NCBI GenBank assembly: GCA_964016885.1
Contig: OZ024741.1
Span: 335,792,001 to 335,856,000 of the forward strand
Reading direction: 5' to 3'
Source: Eledone cirrhosa
Taxonomy: Eukaryota
Length of the DNA: 64,000 bases
Shown here: positions 50,785 to 64,000 of the stretch, in pieces
Layout of the letters: every line of letters begins with the position of its first letter
Position numbering within the stretch: the first letter of the stretch is position 1
The notes under the pieces: generated by a model
Told to the model about the DNA's origin: nothing
What the model saw: the letters and a program-made list of their open reading frames with translations, nothing else
The model's database searches: none
Made by a program: the position numbers and the translations under genes

Positions 50785-52256
50785 TATGTAATAGAGTATG
50801 CACCAACTTCACTTCCACCCTTTTCCATTTACCTCCACATCCTAACATTCCACCCCTCACACATGCCCAAATACCCACCTCCCCAATCCTCACACACCTC
50901 CCCTACCAATGTCCCCAGTCCACACTGTAAAGTGGTCGTGGGGGAGACACAACAACAAAAGAAAAACTGGGCTTACACTGTAAAGTGGTTGTGTGTCACA
51001 ACAAAAAGCATCCAGCCCACTCTGTAAAGTGGTCATATAGGTGTCACAACAAAAAGCATCCAGCCCACTCTGTAAAGTGGTCATATAGGTGTTATGACAA
51101 AAACATCTAGCCCACACTGTAAAGTGGTTGTGTAGGTGTCATGACAAAAAGCACTGTAAATGTGGTTGCTGTGAAGAAGGGCATCCAGCTGTAGAAACCA
51201 AGCCAAAAGCAGTTTTGTATGAGCAATGCATGGTTACCTGACCTAACATTGCCCAACACAGGACAATTCGTCTAACCCATGCCAGTGTGGAAAAATGGAC
51301 ATAAAATGGTGATGATGATGATATATATATATATGTGTAAATATAATATATTATATGTATTTATGTACATATATTTCACCTTTTTAATTAATATTATCCC
51401 TATGACAAATATTCTAATTTGTCTAAATTATATCATTTCTTAGAAATATTCAGTATTCAAAGGTCATTTCTAGTAAAGTATTTAATTATTTCCAATATTC
51501 TATTGAACTACTCATAGTATAATATTCAATTATTCCTAATATTTTATGTTCTTTTCTCATACTCTGCATTGTTGCAATGATTTCATATACATCCTGATGT
51601 AATTATTGAAAATTGCCTCCTCATCTTCTCTACTCAATTCTGATTGTACACACTTCCCTTGCATACATTATATTCTATATTCTCTCCCCAACAAATTATT
51701 AATTCTAGTAAATATATCTCATTTTCTCTTTATACTCTCTAAAATCCGTCTAAATATTCCCTTATTTACAACCAGCGGTATCAATATTAGTTAATATTCT
51801 TTAATTACCATCTAAAGAATTTGCAGTTATAAGTATTTAATAATTTCTCTGCAAAACTCTTTCATCTCATCGAGTGTCTGTAATTTAATTATTGGAAATG
51901 CATTGATCTGACCTTGCAACCTCATATCCTTATTCGAGCTTTAGATCCGGTACAGATTGCTAGATAGGATATCACATTCCAACCAGCCTCTTGTCAGCTT
52001 TTTCATTCATCAAATTAGTTTTTCAACTTTTATTCAAAAGCAATAGAGGATAACCCTTTCTAGATATTCCACTGTATACTACACTCACTACAGATTGAAA
52101 AGGAAGGGGGGCAAGCAGAAGAGAGGGAGAGGGCATGGGAGAGAAAGAGAGAGAGAGAGAGAAAGGAGTGGTAGGGGGAAGGGTTGTATAGTATTTATTT
52201 TCTCAGGAGTTGTAATGTATTAAGCTTCATACTTGTACACCACTTTAATCTTTCAG

Positions 52257-52531
52257 GTGAGAAAGCATGTTCACTTGAAAAGTTCCGTGATACTGATCAA
52301 AAATCCCTGCCTCGGACACCACCCAGCCAATCAAAGAACATGAATGACTCAAGCAGATGTTCCTATCAATGTAAAAACATGCCAAATCCAAGCTACAATG
52401 ATGTCCAAAAGTCGAATATATTAAACAGTAGCAATTACAATCTACCTCTCCAATTTTGGCAACTACCTACAAGAAACAGTTTCAATTTCTCTAAGCCACT
52501 ACCAGCTTTACCGAAACTTCCAGATTCTTAA
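52257..52531 (+). CDS. Candidate terminal coding exon of an unidentified host gene
   Basis: Acceptor ctttaatctttcAG|G, ~91 open codons of non-repetitive sequence ending KPLPALPKLPDS-stop; no upstream exons identified. Confidence 0.35.
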
Positions 52532-52729
52532 CTAAATTCTTCAACTGTGAATGGCTTCTTAGATTTTTTTTTTCATATCATTTGAGTCAATGAAAATATT
52601 GTTTATTGATAAAATATGGTACTTCTGCAAAATTAATTTTGTAGAGTATAATAACTTGTAGACTCTCATCATGTGGTGTCAATGGCATTGAATTTAAAAC
52701 TGTTCTTTCCTTCCTGCTCTAAAAACTGG

Positions 52730-53625
<896 letters not shown>

Positions 53626-53676
53626 AGAGAGAGATAAATAAATATACATGGGTGTGTATGATTGTGTATGGAAGAT

Positions 53677-53859
53677 TATATTAATAAAAGGAATTCCAAC
53701 TTTGTCTGATTTACTCGTTTTATTTACAATCCTTTAAAATTATAATGATATTATAATGAAATAGTATGGTACTATTTCATTATAATATCATTATACTTTT
53801 AAAGGATTGTAAATAAAACGAGTAAATCAAACAAAGTTGGAATTCCTTTTATTAATATA
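53677..53859. repeat. 183-bp near-perfect palindrome
   Basis: 90-bp arms, 3-nt loop (tgg) at 53767-53769, about 2 mismatches. Confidence 0.95.
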
Positions 53860-54333
53860 TATTTATATATATATATATACACACATATACATTTATGTGT
53901 GTGTGTGTATATTTATATGTGTATATAATCATCGTCATCGGTTAACACTGTTTTCGATGATTAAAATAGTCTTTAAAATCTGCTTTCATATGAATAGAAA
54001 TTACAAAAACAAAAAGAAAAAGAAAAACCACAAAAACAAGAAGTAAAATAGAAAATTAAATATTTTATACAAGTCTTTCAAAACTTGAACATCTTTATAA
54101 TTTTGAACTCTTGAAATATTCCAGAAACATGTTGCAAGGTAATTCTTTCAAATTAATTACTTTATAAATTTCTTTTGTGTTTCCTTCCATTCTCTGATTC
54201 CAGTGTTGTCTAATGTTAGGCCAGGTGTTTTAATGTATTTGTAACGTTTTAAGGACAGCAGCTGTTTATTCTTCATAACTAATTTCTTCTTTTAAATAAC
54301 ACCTATGTTTAACTCCATATAATTGGAATAGAG

Positions 54334-54880
54334 AAGGTGCATGGTTTAGTGGTTAGGGGCTTTCAGTTCAATATCATAAGGTCATGAGTTTGATTACTGA
54401 TGGCATGTTGTGTTCTGGAGTAAGACAATTTATCTGCTGCTGTTCCAGACCACTCAGCTGACAAAACTAAAGTGTACCTGTAATTCGAAAGTCCAGCCAT
54501 GTCCCACACATAGTCATGCTGTTTTTCCCTGAATACAACATTAAACCATTAGTATTTACATTACTCTATATATATACTATTATATTTTAACAGTAAAGGC
54601 TTTACCTCACATAATTATCTCACATAATAATGAATCTATGAGATGACGATATTATTTATTTTGATAACAATGCCTTAACATCAATATAAGTGGCCAGTTA
54701 CAGCCAGTTTGAATAGAAAGAGGTGAGAGAGTTCTGGCCGGATATGACTGGTTTAAATGCTAAAGAGTTAAAGGTGCTCATGTTCGTGGGAATACTTAAC
54801 CATATGCATTTTAATTTCATGAGCAGGTTTTCCCTTTGACCAAATCGTTGACTGGAACAAATTTCAACAGAACTGATGAA
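54334..54880 (+). mobile_element. CORE-type SINE interrupted by a piggyBac-type MITE (54545-54767)
   Basis: tggtttagtgg head; TTAA-flanked copy of the 22814-23034 element. Confidence 0.75.
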
Positions 54881-54959
54881 GGTCCCCCCCCCCCCCCCTC
54901 CTGCACATAGAGGAGTGGTTTTCTAGATTTTTTTTTTATTCTCATAATTCCTGAGGGAG

Positions 54960-55260
54960 TTATAGGGGCACTGCATTGACATACAAGGGTATTTTTAAAC
55001 TTGGAGGAACCCATCTCCTCTCCAAGTCTGAATACAGCTGATTTCTTCCAGCAAAGGAGAGAGTGAGGGAATGGAAGTGAGAGAAAGATATAGAGAGAAA
55101 ATCGACCCCAGTACTAGACTGGTAATTATATTATCGACCACGATAGGACAAAAGGCAGAGTTGACCTCAACAGGATTTGAACTTAAAGAGTGGAGAGCCA
55201 AAACCAATATTGCAAAGCATTCTATTCAATGTTCTAATGACTGCCATTTCACTGCCTTGG
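54960..55260 (-). mobile_element. Older Meta-like SINE variant (related copies 37580-37810, 37900-38160)
   Basis: aaaggcagagttgacctcaacaggatttgaact shared core. Confidence 0.6.
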
Positions 55261-55664
55261 AGTTCTACATACTAACATTGAAATAACCATTTCAATACAA
55301 CAGTTACTACTATGCCTATAACAAAACAAAACAAAACAACAACAACGTGTTTTAAAGCCATTTTCAACTAGAATTATCCTAGCTGAGTCCTATGATAGGT
55401 TTCATTATAACCGCAGTGTCCTTTGTGAAGCAGTAGTTTGCACTAAGATGCTATTTATTGTGCCAACAGTTTTAGTTACCTCTTATGACAACAGGAATAT
55501 GGTTTACCAATTCTAGACCTCATACAGACACATACACAAAGCTGATACCTATATGTAGTGTTATTTTGGTTGACCTTACAAATAAAACTCATTTAATTTT
55601 GCTCTCTTTTTACAACAAACTTCTATAATGTCATGTCCATTAATAGATTTGCTCAGCATTGCTA

Positions 55665-55789
<125 letters not shown>

Positions 55790-55974
55790 GAGAGTGAGAG
55801 AAAGTGTACTTGGAAATAGCATGGAAAATATATTTAAAGAAACTGTTTTACTTTTTTTCTTCTTTGATCCGTCAAAGTGATATTATTGAAAAAATGAGAA
55901 GAGCAAGACAATTAAAAAATTATTTTTAATTGTAATATTCCATCTCAACTGGAGCTAGCAGGCCTAGACCGTGG

Positions 55975-57730
55975 AGATGCTGATTTTACATAAATCGTTT
56001 ATTCATTATAATTATTTCAATGGTTCTCCTATGCAATCAAGATGTAATTCATGCATTTGTTGTTGTTATGACAATGATATCCTCAGATGAAATTTGATTT
56101 TGTGATATGCTGCCACCAGGAAAAACACGTCCTTCTGCTTGTGCCTCTGGCAGACATATGAGTTCCTAAAACGGTCTCTCAGCCATCGTGTTTGCTGGAG
56201 TAAAATGCTATCCATGTGTCAATTAGTGTAATCAGGATTCATGCACCCCCCTCAGAATTAGGGTTGTAAACCAACAAAAGGGTAACTTGTCAAGTGTGTT
56301 GTGTTAATCTGTACCAAACGATAGTCTATGCGTAGCTAGAATCCAGCAGATAATGGAAGCAATAAACGGAACTCTGAGGGAGGGTGAGGTATATATTTTG
56401 TTGACAGCCACATTCAAAACAACAGCTACAACAACAGCGACTAAAATAGCAAACATCAACTAACATTGCCTACACTGGCCGTTATAGTCGACCCTAATTC
56501 CGTGGGGGGTGCGTGAATCCTGATTTCGCTAAATGACACATGGATAGCATTTTACTCCAGCAAACACAATGGCTGAGAGACCCTTTTAGGAACTTATATG
56601 TCTGCCAGGTGCACGAGCAGAAGGATGTGTTTTTCCCGCCGGTGGCATATCACAAAATCAAATTTCATCTGAGGATACCCTTTTTGATTGCATGGGAGAA
56701 CTGTTGAAATCTAAACTATAATAAAGTAAGGAGTGCGGGACTGCGTACAGTTTATTTCTTTTAATCCAGTTAGTAAAATAAGTTGGATTACTTTGAATAA
56801 ATAATTGTTTCTATTTTAGGCACAAGGCCAGCAATTACCCAGTACAATACTGGTACTTTATTTTATCGACCCCGTAAGGATGAAAGGCAAAGTTAACCTC
56901 GGCGGGATTTGAACTTAGATCATAAAGGGACGTAACTCTGCATCGAATCATGGTGTCCGACTCTCTACCGATACTGCCAATCCACCATTACTTTGAATAA
57001 ATAATTGTTTCTATTTTAGGCACAAGGCCAGCAATTACCCAGTTCATTACTGGTACTTTATTTTATCGACCCCGTAAGGATGAAAGGCGAAGTCAACCTC
57101 GGCGGGATTTGAACTCAGATCGTAAAGGGACGTAACTATGCTGGAAAGCATGGCGTCCGACCCTCCACCGATACTGCCAATCCACTGCCTTTGAATAAAT
57201 AATGAATGAATATTACATAATTTATCTACTAAATTTTGTAGCTGTTGATTAAATATATTTTATTGCTTATTTAAAGATTCAGTTCTTTTAAATTTTCAAA
57301 TGTCACTTCCGGTTAGTTATTGCTTAAATAAACATTCAAATAGTTCCGTCATTAATTTACTCCTAATGCAGTTTATATATAATATCGTCTTTTTTTAATG
57401 TATCATGGATTACATTACTGATTACAGAAGAGAGTGTAATGCAGTCTTTGTTCAATTTTTGTGTATATTGTCAATTATGATTTTATTTGATGTATCATAT
57501 CTACATGTATATATACTTGCGTATAATATCACTATGCACACTACACATGCTAGCAGAAACAACCCAAAGGGTGGTTTTTCTGCTAGTAATTATAATGAAT
57601 AAACGATTTATGTAACATCAGCATCTTTATTAATGTTATTATTATAGTTAATCTCCATCGTAACTACAAACTACAAATGTTGAGAGCTTTCTCTTCCTTG
57701 CTCCTGTTTTAACCAAAACAATCTCTTTGG
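55975..57730. mobile_element. Long-TIR non-autonomous element, right arm split by a Helitron
   Basis: Left arm 55975-56250 is the reverse complement of 56504-56709 plus 57587-57626. Confidence 0.8.
56710..57586 (+). mobile_element. Non-autonomous Helitron carrying two tandem SINEs (56800-57190)
   Basis: Inserted at ttgaaA|Taattataatg without TSD; 5' TC; 3' hairpin ctagcagaaacaaccc-aaa-gggtggtttttctgctag ending in CTAG. Confidence 0.9.
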
Positions 57731-57927
57731 ATCAAATATATATATATAAATATATATATAATGGAACCCACTCAACTAATTTATGAAGCATGCTTCATCT
57801 GTCCACTGTAACTTCATCTGTCCACTATATCTTCATATGACCACTATAACTTCATCTGTCCACTATACCTTCATCTGTTCACTGTAGATTCATCTGTTCA
57901 CTATACCTTCATATGTCCACAATATAT

Positions 57928-60352
57928 GATGCTTTTGATAGTAAGGAAGAGCAATTAAAGTCGTACAATAGAGAGGAACAGTGGGAATTCCTGAAAGCTA
58001 ACCTGCTGAAGGCAACAGATGAAATCTGTGGCTGGAGCAGACCTATAGGCAGGAGGAGAGTAACTTGGTGGTGGAGGAGTCAATCAAGCCAAAAATCAGG
58101 CTTGGAAAGCATGGCAGGATGGGGGAAGTAGAGAAGACTATCAAGTGGCCAGGAGGGAAGTTAGGAGACAAGTGTACTTCGCCAGAAGGGAAGCAGAGGA
58201 AAGAAAGTTCAAGCATGTTCTACAACGAGAGGACCAAAAACGTGAGGTGTTCAGGATTGCTAGGCAATGTGTCAAGGAAAACCGTGATATTGTCAGGGAG
58301 AAGTGTGTCCCAAATCAATCCAATAGAGGGACCAGCAGTGCAAGTTGAAGGTAGTATAATAAGTAAGGTGGTTAAAGATATGAAGACAGGCAAGGCGGCT
58401 GGGTCTTCGGAAATAGTTGCTGGAATGGTGGGACACACTATAGTCACCCGGATAGTAAACCAAGTCATACAGAATGGGGTCGTTCCGAAGGACTGGCATA
58501 GCAGCATCATCATTAACTGCTACAAGAGTAAAGGAGATGCCCTAGATAGGGGAAACTATAGAGGCATTAAATTAATTGACCAGGTCATGAAGGTCACAGA
58601 AAAAGTAATAGCGCAACTAATCAGAGAGCGAATTGATCTAGATGAAATGCAGTTCGGGTTTGTGTCAGGTAAAAGTACAACAGACGCTCTTTTCATTGTA
58701 CGACAACTACAGGAGAAGTACCTACCTAAAAGTAAACCCCTATACTTAGCTTTTGTCAAGTGTGAGAAAGCCTTTGACAGAGTACCCCGCTCCATTATCT
58801 GGTGGGCTCTTAAAAAACTAGGTGTAGATGAATGGCTTGTGAGAGCTATACAAGCCATGTATAAAGAAACAGTCAGCAAGGTTAGAATTAACAACGAATA
58901 TAGTGAAGAGTTTAGCGTAAAAGTTGGTGTTCATCAGGGCTCCGTCCTTAACCCCCTACTATTTATTATTGCCCTTCAGGCTATAACAGAGGAGTTCAAG
59001 ACCGGCTGCCCATGGGAACTCCTATACGCAGATGATCTAACGCTCATAGCTGAATCAATGGCTGAACTAGAGAAGAAATTCCAAACATGGAAGTATGGCC
59101 TAGAATCAAAAGGCCTTAAAATTAACCTGTCTAAGACTAAAGTTCTAGTTTGTAGGAAGGAAAATAAGGCACTGGTCCCATCTGGGAAATGGCCATACTC
59201 AGTGTGTAGGAAAGGAGTAGGCAGAAACTCAATTTTATGTCCCAAATGCAAAGTATGGGTGCATAAAAGATGTAGTGGGATCACAGGTAAGCTAACTAAG
59301 AATATAGATTTTATATGTGGCTGGTGCTCAGGTGCAATAAGTAGCAGCAAGTGCCCACAGAATACTAGCTCATTCCATTGCACAGATGGTTCTATAGAAA
59401 TAGTGGACACCTTCCGTTACCTGGGTGACAAAATCAGAAGTGGTGGAGGATGCTCTGAAAGTACAGTAGCTAGAGTCAGAACGGGATGGAAAAAGTTCAG
59501 AGAGCTTATACCACTATTGGCCGCTAAAGGGTTCTCTCTAAAAATGAAAGGCTGGCTGTATGATGCCTGCATACGAACAGCAATGTTACGAGGCAGTGAG
59601 ACCTGGGCATTGTGTGCAGAGGATATACGCAGACTGGAGAGGAACGAAGCTTGCATGCTCCGTTGGATGTGTAATAGTAATATACGTGAACGGCAAAGCA
59701 TAAATGAACTAAGGGAGAAATTAGGAATAAGAGGAATCAGATGTTGTTTACTCGAGAGAAGACTACGTTGGTATGGTCACGTGATGCGCATGAAAGACGA
59801 CAGCTGTATAAAAAAGTGCAGGGTGATCAAAATAGACGGTAGCCACGGAGTAGGCAGACCCAGAAAAACCTGGGACGACTTGATAAATTCCGACCTCACA
59901 CACTTACACCTCTCCAAGACAAAGTCACTGGACCGAGATCTTTGGCGTTACACAGTAATACAGAAGACCCGCCTTGCCTAAGTACAAAGCGAAACCTACA
60001 TTCAGTAGGCACCTCTTAACAAAAATACATCCTATCCACACGACCTCTTTCGATGTAAAGTTATGTTGGTACCACAACATCCAGTCCGAAATAAATGAGG
60101 TCATGTAGGTGTCACAACAAAAAACACACAGTCCACGCTGTAATGTGGCCGTGTAGGTAACATGGTAAAAACCTATCAGTCCACACTGTAAACGTGGTTG
60201 GTGTTAGGAAGGGCATCCAGCCGTAGAAAACCCACCAGACAGTCCTATACGAGCAAGACAACCAATCTTGCCTCAAGTGGGAAAATTCCAGTCCAAACCC
60301 ATGCAAAGGTAGAAGATGGACGTTAAACGATGATGATGATGATGATGATGAT
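57928..60352 (+). mobile_element. RTE subfamily B, 5'-truncated, inserted in the 19-bp satellite
   Basis: Long RT ORF, (GAT)n tail, TSD cacaatatat at 57918-57927 and 60356-60365. Confidence 0.95.
58065..59981 (+). CDS. RTE reverse transcriptase ORF (true frame from ~58310; N-terminus is an off-frame artefact of a deletion)
   Basis: NYRGIKL, QFGF, GVHQGSVL, YADD, FRYLG, RLRWYGHVMR, GRPRKTW. Confidence 0.88.
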   Translation: MVVEESIKPKIRLGKHGRMGEVEKTIKWPGGKLGDKCTSPEGKQRKESSSMFYNERTKNVRCSGLLGNVSRKTVILSGRSVSQINPIEGPAVQVEGSIISKVVKDMKTGKAAGSSEIVAGMVGHTIVTRIVNQVIQNGVVPKDWHSSIIINCYKSKGDALDRGNYRGIKLIDQVMKVTEKVIAQLIRERIDLDEMQFGFVSGKSTTDALFIVRQLQEKYLPKSKPLYLAFVKCEKAFDRVPRSIIWWALKKLGVDEWLVRAIQAMYKETVSKVRINNEYSEEFSVKVGVHQGSVLNPLLFIIALQAITEEFKTGCPWELLYADDLTLIAESMAELEKKFQTWKYGLESKGLKINLSKTKVLVCRKENKALVPSGKWPYSVCRKGVGRNSILCPKCKVWVHKRCSGITGKLTKNIDFICGWCSGAISSSKCPQNTSSFHCTDGSIEIVDTFRYLGDKIRSGGGCSESTVARVRTGWKKFRELIPLLAAKGFSLKMKGWLYDACIRTAMLRGSETWALCAEDIRRLERNEACMLRWMCNSNIRERQSINELREKLGIRGIRCCLLERRLRWYGHVMRMKDDSCIKKCRVIKIDGSHGVGRPRKTWDDLINSDLTHLHLSKTKSLDRDLWRYTVIQKTRLA

Positions 60353-60353
60353 G

Positions 60354-63300
60354 TTCACAATATATTCCTCTGTCCACTATACTTTCATCTGACCACTATA
60401 TCTTCATATCTCCACTATACTTTCATCTGTCCACTATACCTTCATCTCTCCACTGTAGATTCATCTGTCCACTATACCTTCATATGTCCACTATACTTTT
60501 ATCTGTCCACTATATCTTCATATGTCCACTATACCTTCATGTGTCCACTATACCTTCATCTGTCCACTATACTTTCATCTGTCCACTATACCTTCATCTG
60601 TCCACTATACCTTCATCTGTCCACTATACCTTCATCTGTCCACTATATCTTAATATGTCCACTATACCTTCATCTGTCCACTATATCTTCATATGTCCAC
60701 TATACCTTCATCTGTCCACTATACCTTCAACTGTCCACTATACTTTCATCTGTCCACTATACCTTCATCTGTCCACTATACCTTCATCTGTCCACTATAC
60801 CTTCATCTGTCCACTATATCTTCATATGTCCACTATACCTTCATCTGTCCACTATATCTTCATCTGTCCACTATACCTTCATATGTCCACTGTACCTTCA
60901 TCTGTCCACTGTAGATTCCTCTGTCCACTGTACCTTCATATGTCCACTATACCTTCATCTGTCCACTATATCTTCATCTGTCCACTATACCTTCATATGT
61001 CCACTATATCTTCATCTGTCCACTATACCTTCATCTGTCCACTATATCTTCATCTGTCCACTATACCTTCATCTCTCCACTATATCTTCATATGTCCACT
61101 ATACCTTCATCTGTCCACTATATCTTCATATGTCCACTATATCTTCATATGTCCACTATACCTTCATCTGTCCACTATATCTTCATATGTCCACTATATC
61201 TTCATATGTCCACTATATCTTCATATGTCCACTATACCTTCATCTGTCCACTATATCTTCATATGTCCACTATATCTTCATATGTCCACTATACCTTCAT
61301 CTGTCCACTATATCTTCATATGTCCACTATATCTTCATATGTCCACTATACCTTCATCTGTCCACTATATCTTCATATGTCCACTATATCTTCATATGTC
61401 CACTATACCTTCATATGTCCACTATATCTTCATATGTCCACTATACCTTCATCTGTCCACTATATCTTCATATGTCCACTGTACCTTCATCTGTCCACTA
61501 TACCTTCATCTATATTCACAATATATTCCTCTGTCCACTATACTTTCATCTGACCACTATATCTTCATATGTCCACTATACTTTCATCTGTCCACTATAC
61601 TTTCATCTGTCCACTATACCTTCATCTGTCCACTATACCTTCATATGTCCACTCTACTTTCATCTGTCCACTATATCTTCATATGTCCACTATACCTTCA
61701 TATGTCCACTATACCTTCATTATGTCCACTATACCTTCATATGTCCACTATACCTTCATCTGTCCACTATATCTTCATATGTCCACTATACCTTCATCTG
61801 TCCACTGTACCTTCATATGTCCACTGTACCTTCATATGTCCACTGTAGATTCATCTGTCCACTATACCTTCATATGTCCACTATACCTTCATATGTCCAC
61901 TGTAGATTCATCTGTCCACTATATCTTCATATGTCCACTATACCTTCATCTGTCCACTATACCTTCATCTGTCCACTGTAGATTCATCTGTCCACTATAC
62001 CTTCATATGTCCACTATACCTTCATATGTCCACTCTACTTTCATCTGTCCACTGTAGATTCCTCTGTCCACTATACCTTCATATGTCCACTATATCTTCA
62101 TATGTCCACTATACCTTCATCTGTCCACTATACCTTCCTCTGTCCACTATATCTTCATCTGTCCACTATATCTTCATCTGTCCACTATATCTTCATCTGT
62201 CCACTATATCTTCATATGTCCACTATACCTTCATCTGTCCACTATACCTTCATCTGTCCACTATACCTTCATCTGTCCACTATATCTTCATCTGTCCACT
62301 ATATCTTCATCTGTCCACTATATCTTCATATGTCCACTATACCTTCATCTGTCCACTATACCTTCATCTGTCCACTATACCTTCATCTGTCCACTATATC
62401 TTCATCTGTCCACTATATCTTCATCTGTCCACTATATCTTCATATGTCCACTATACCTTCATCTGTCCACTATACCTTCCTCTGTCCACTATATCTTCAT
62501 CTGTCCACTATATCTTCATCTGTCCACTATACTTTCACATGTCCACTATACCTTCATCTGTCCACTATACTTTCATATGTCCACTATATCTTCATCTGTC
62601 CACTATATCTTCATCTGTCCACTATACTTTCATCTGTCCACTATACCTTCATCTGTCCACTATACCTTCATCTGTCCACTATACCTTCATCTGTCCACTA
62701 TATCTTCATCTGTCCACTATATCTTCATCTGTCCACTATATCTTCATATGTCCACTATACCTTCATCTGTCCACTATACCATCATCTGTCCACTATACCT
62801 TCATCTGTCCACTATACCTTCATATGTCCACTATACCTTCATATGTCCACTATACCTTCATCTGTCCACTATACCTTCATATGTCCACTATACCTTCCTC
62901 TGTCCACTATATCTTCATCTGTCCACTATATCTTCATATGTCCACTATACCTTCATCTGTCCACTATATCTTAATCTGTCCACTATACTTTCATCTGTCC
63001 ACTATACCTTCATCTGTCCACTATACCTTCATCTGTCCACTATATCTTCATATGTCCACTATATCTTCATATGTCCACTATACCTTCATCTGTCCACTAT
63101 ATCTTCATATGTCCACTGTACCTTCATCTGTCCACTATACCTTCATCTATATTCACAATATATTCCTCTGTCCACTATACTTTCATCTGACCACTATATC
63201 TTCATATGTCCACTATACTTTCATCTGTCCACTATACTTTCATCTGTCCACTATACCTTCATCTGTCCACTATACCTTCATATGTCCACTCTACTTTCAT

Positions 63301-64000
63301 CTGTCCACTATATCTTCATATGTCCACTATACCTTCATATGTCCACTATACCTTCATTATGTCCACTATACCTTCATATGTCCACTATACCTTCATCTGT
63401 CCACTATATCTTCATATGTCCACTATACCTTCATCTGTCCACTGTACCTTCATATGTCCACTGTACCTTCATCTGTCCACTATACCTTCATCTGTCCACT
63501 GTAGATTCATCTGTCCACTATACCTTCATATGTCCACTATACCTTCATATGTCCACTCTACTTTCATCTGTCCACTGTAGATTCCTCTGTCCACTATACC
63601 TTCATATGTCCACTATATCTTCATATGTCCACTATACCTTCATCTGTCCACTATATCTTCATCTGTCCACTATATCTTCATCTGTCCACTATATCTTCAT
63701 ATGTCCACTATACCTTCATCTGTCCACTATACCTTCCTCTGTCCACTATACCTTCATCTGTCCACTATATCTTCATCTGACCACTGTACCTTCATCTGTC
63801 CACTATACCTTCATCTGTCCACTATACCTTCATCTGTCCACTATATCTTCATCTGTCCACTATATCTTCATCTGTCCACTATATCTTCATATGTCCACTA
63901 TACCTTCATCTGTCCACTATACCTTCCTCTGTCCACTATATCTTCATCTGTCCACTATATCTTCATCTGTCCACTATACTTTCACATGTCCACTATACCT
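60354..64000. repeat. 19-bp satellite (ctgtccactataccttcat)n; short leading block at 57790-57927
   Basis: About 190 tandem units running off the window end. Confidence 0.97.

Noticed and set aside
60484-63580. Long Cys/His-rich ORFs (up to 492 aa) resembling zinc-finger proteins
   Set aside because: Translation of the 19-bp satellite, which lacks plus-strand stop codons; all frames give the same periodic peptide

Overview
AT-rich, microsatellite-laden animal genomic DNA, most likely a coleoid cephalopod (octopus-like). That call is inferred from the repeat landscape: RTE and CR1 LINEs, tRNA/CORE and Meta-type SINEs, and (TA)n and (ATC)n tracts. The window is almost entirely layered transposable elements: at least four RTE lineages, two CR1-type LINEs, more than 25 SINEs, three Helitrons, piggyBac- and Tc1/mariner-type MITEs, several minisatellites and a 19-bp satellite at the right end. 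No host gene is convincingly identifiable; one candidate terminal exon lies at 52257-52531. Two signals are not explained by the ORF track. (1) Nine minimal type-I hammerhead-ribozyme motifs from about five to six sequence families, three or four with an intact core, sit in short non-coding, TA-flanked, often inverted-duplicated units that look like Penelope-type pLTRs or retrozymes. (2) A complete C4HC3 PHD-type zinc finger is inserted inside the reverse-transcriptase domain of the dominant RTE family. Also notable: a 700-bp near-perfect inverted duplication, a 541-bp direct duplication of a repeat mosaic, a self-nested piggyBac MITE, a SINE with a two-LINE chimeric tail, and a multi-level nested insertion cluster at 40-45 kb. 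Coordinates were read by eye and may be off by a few bases.
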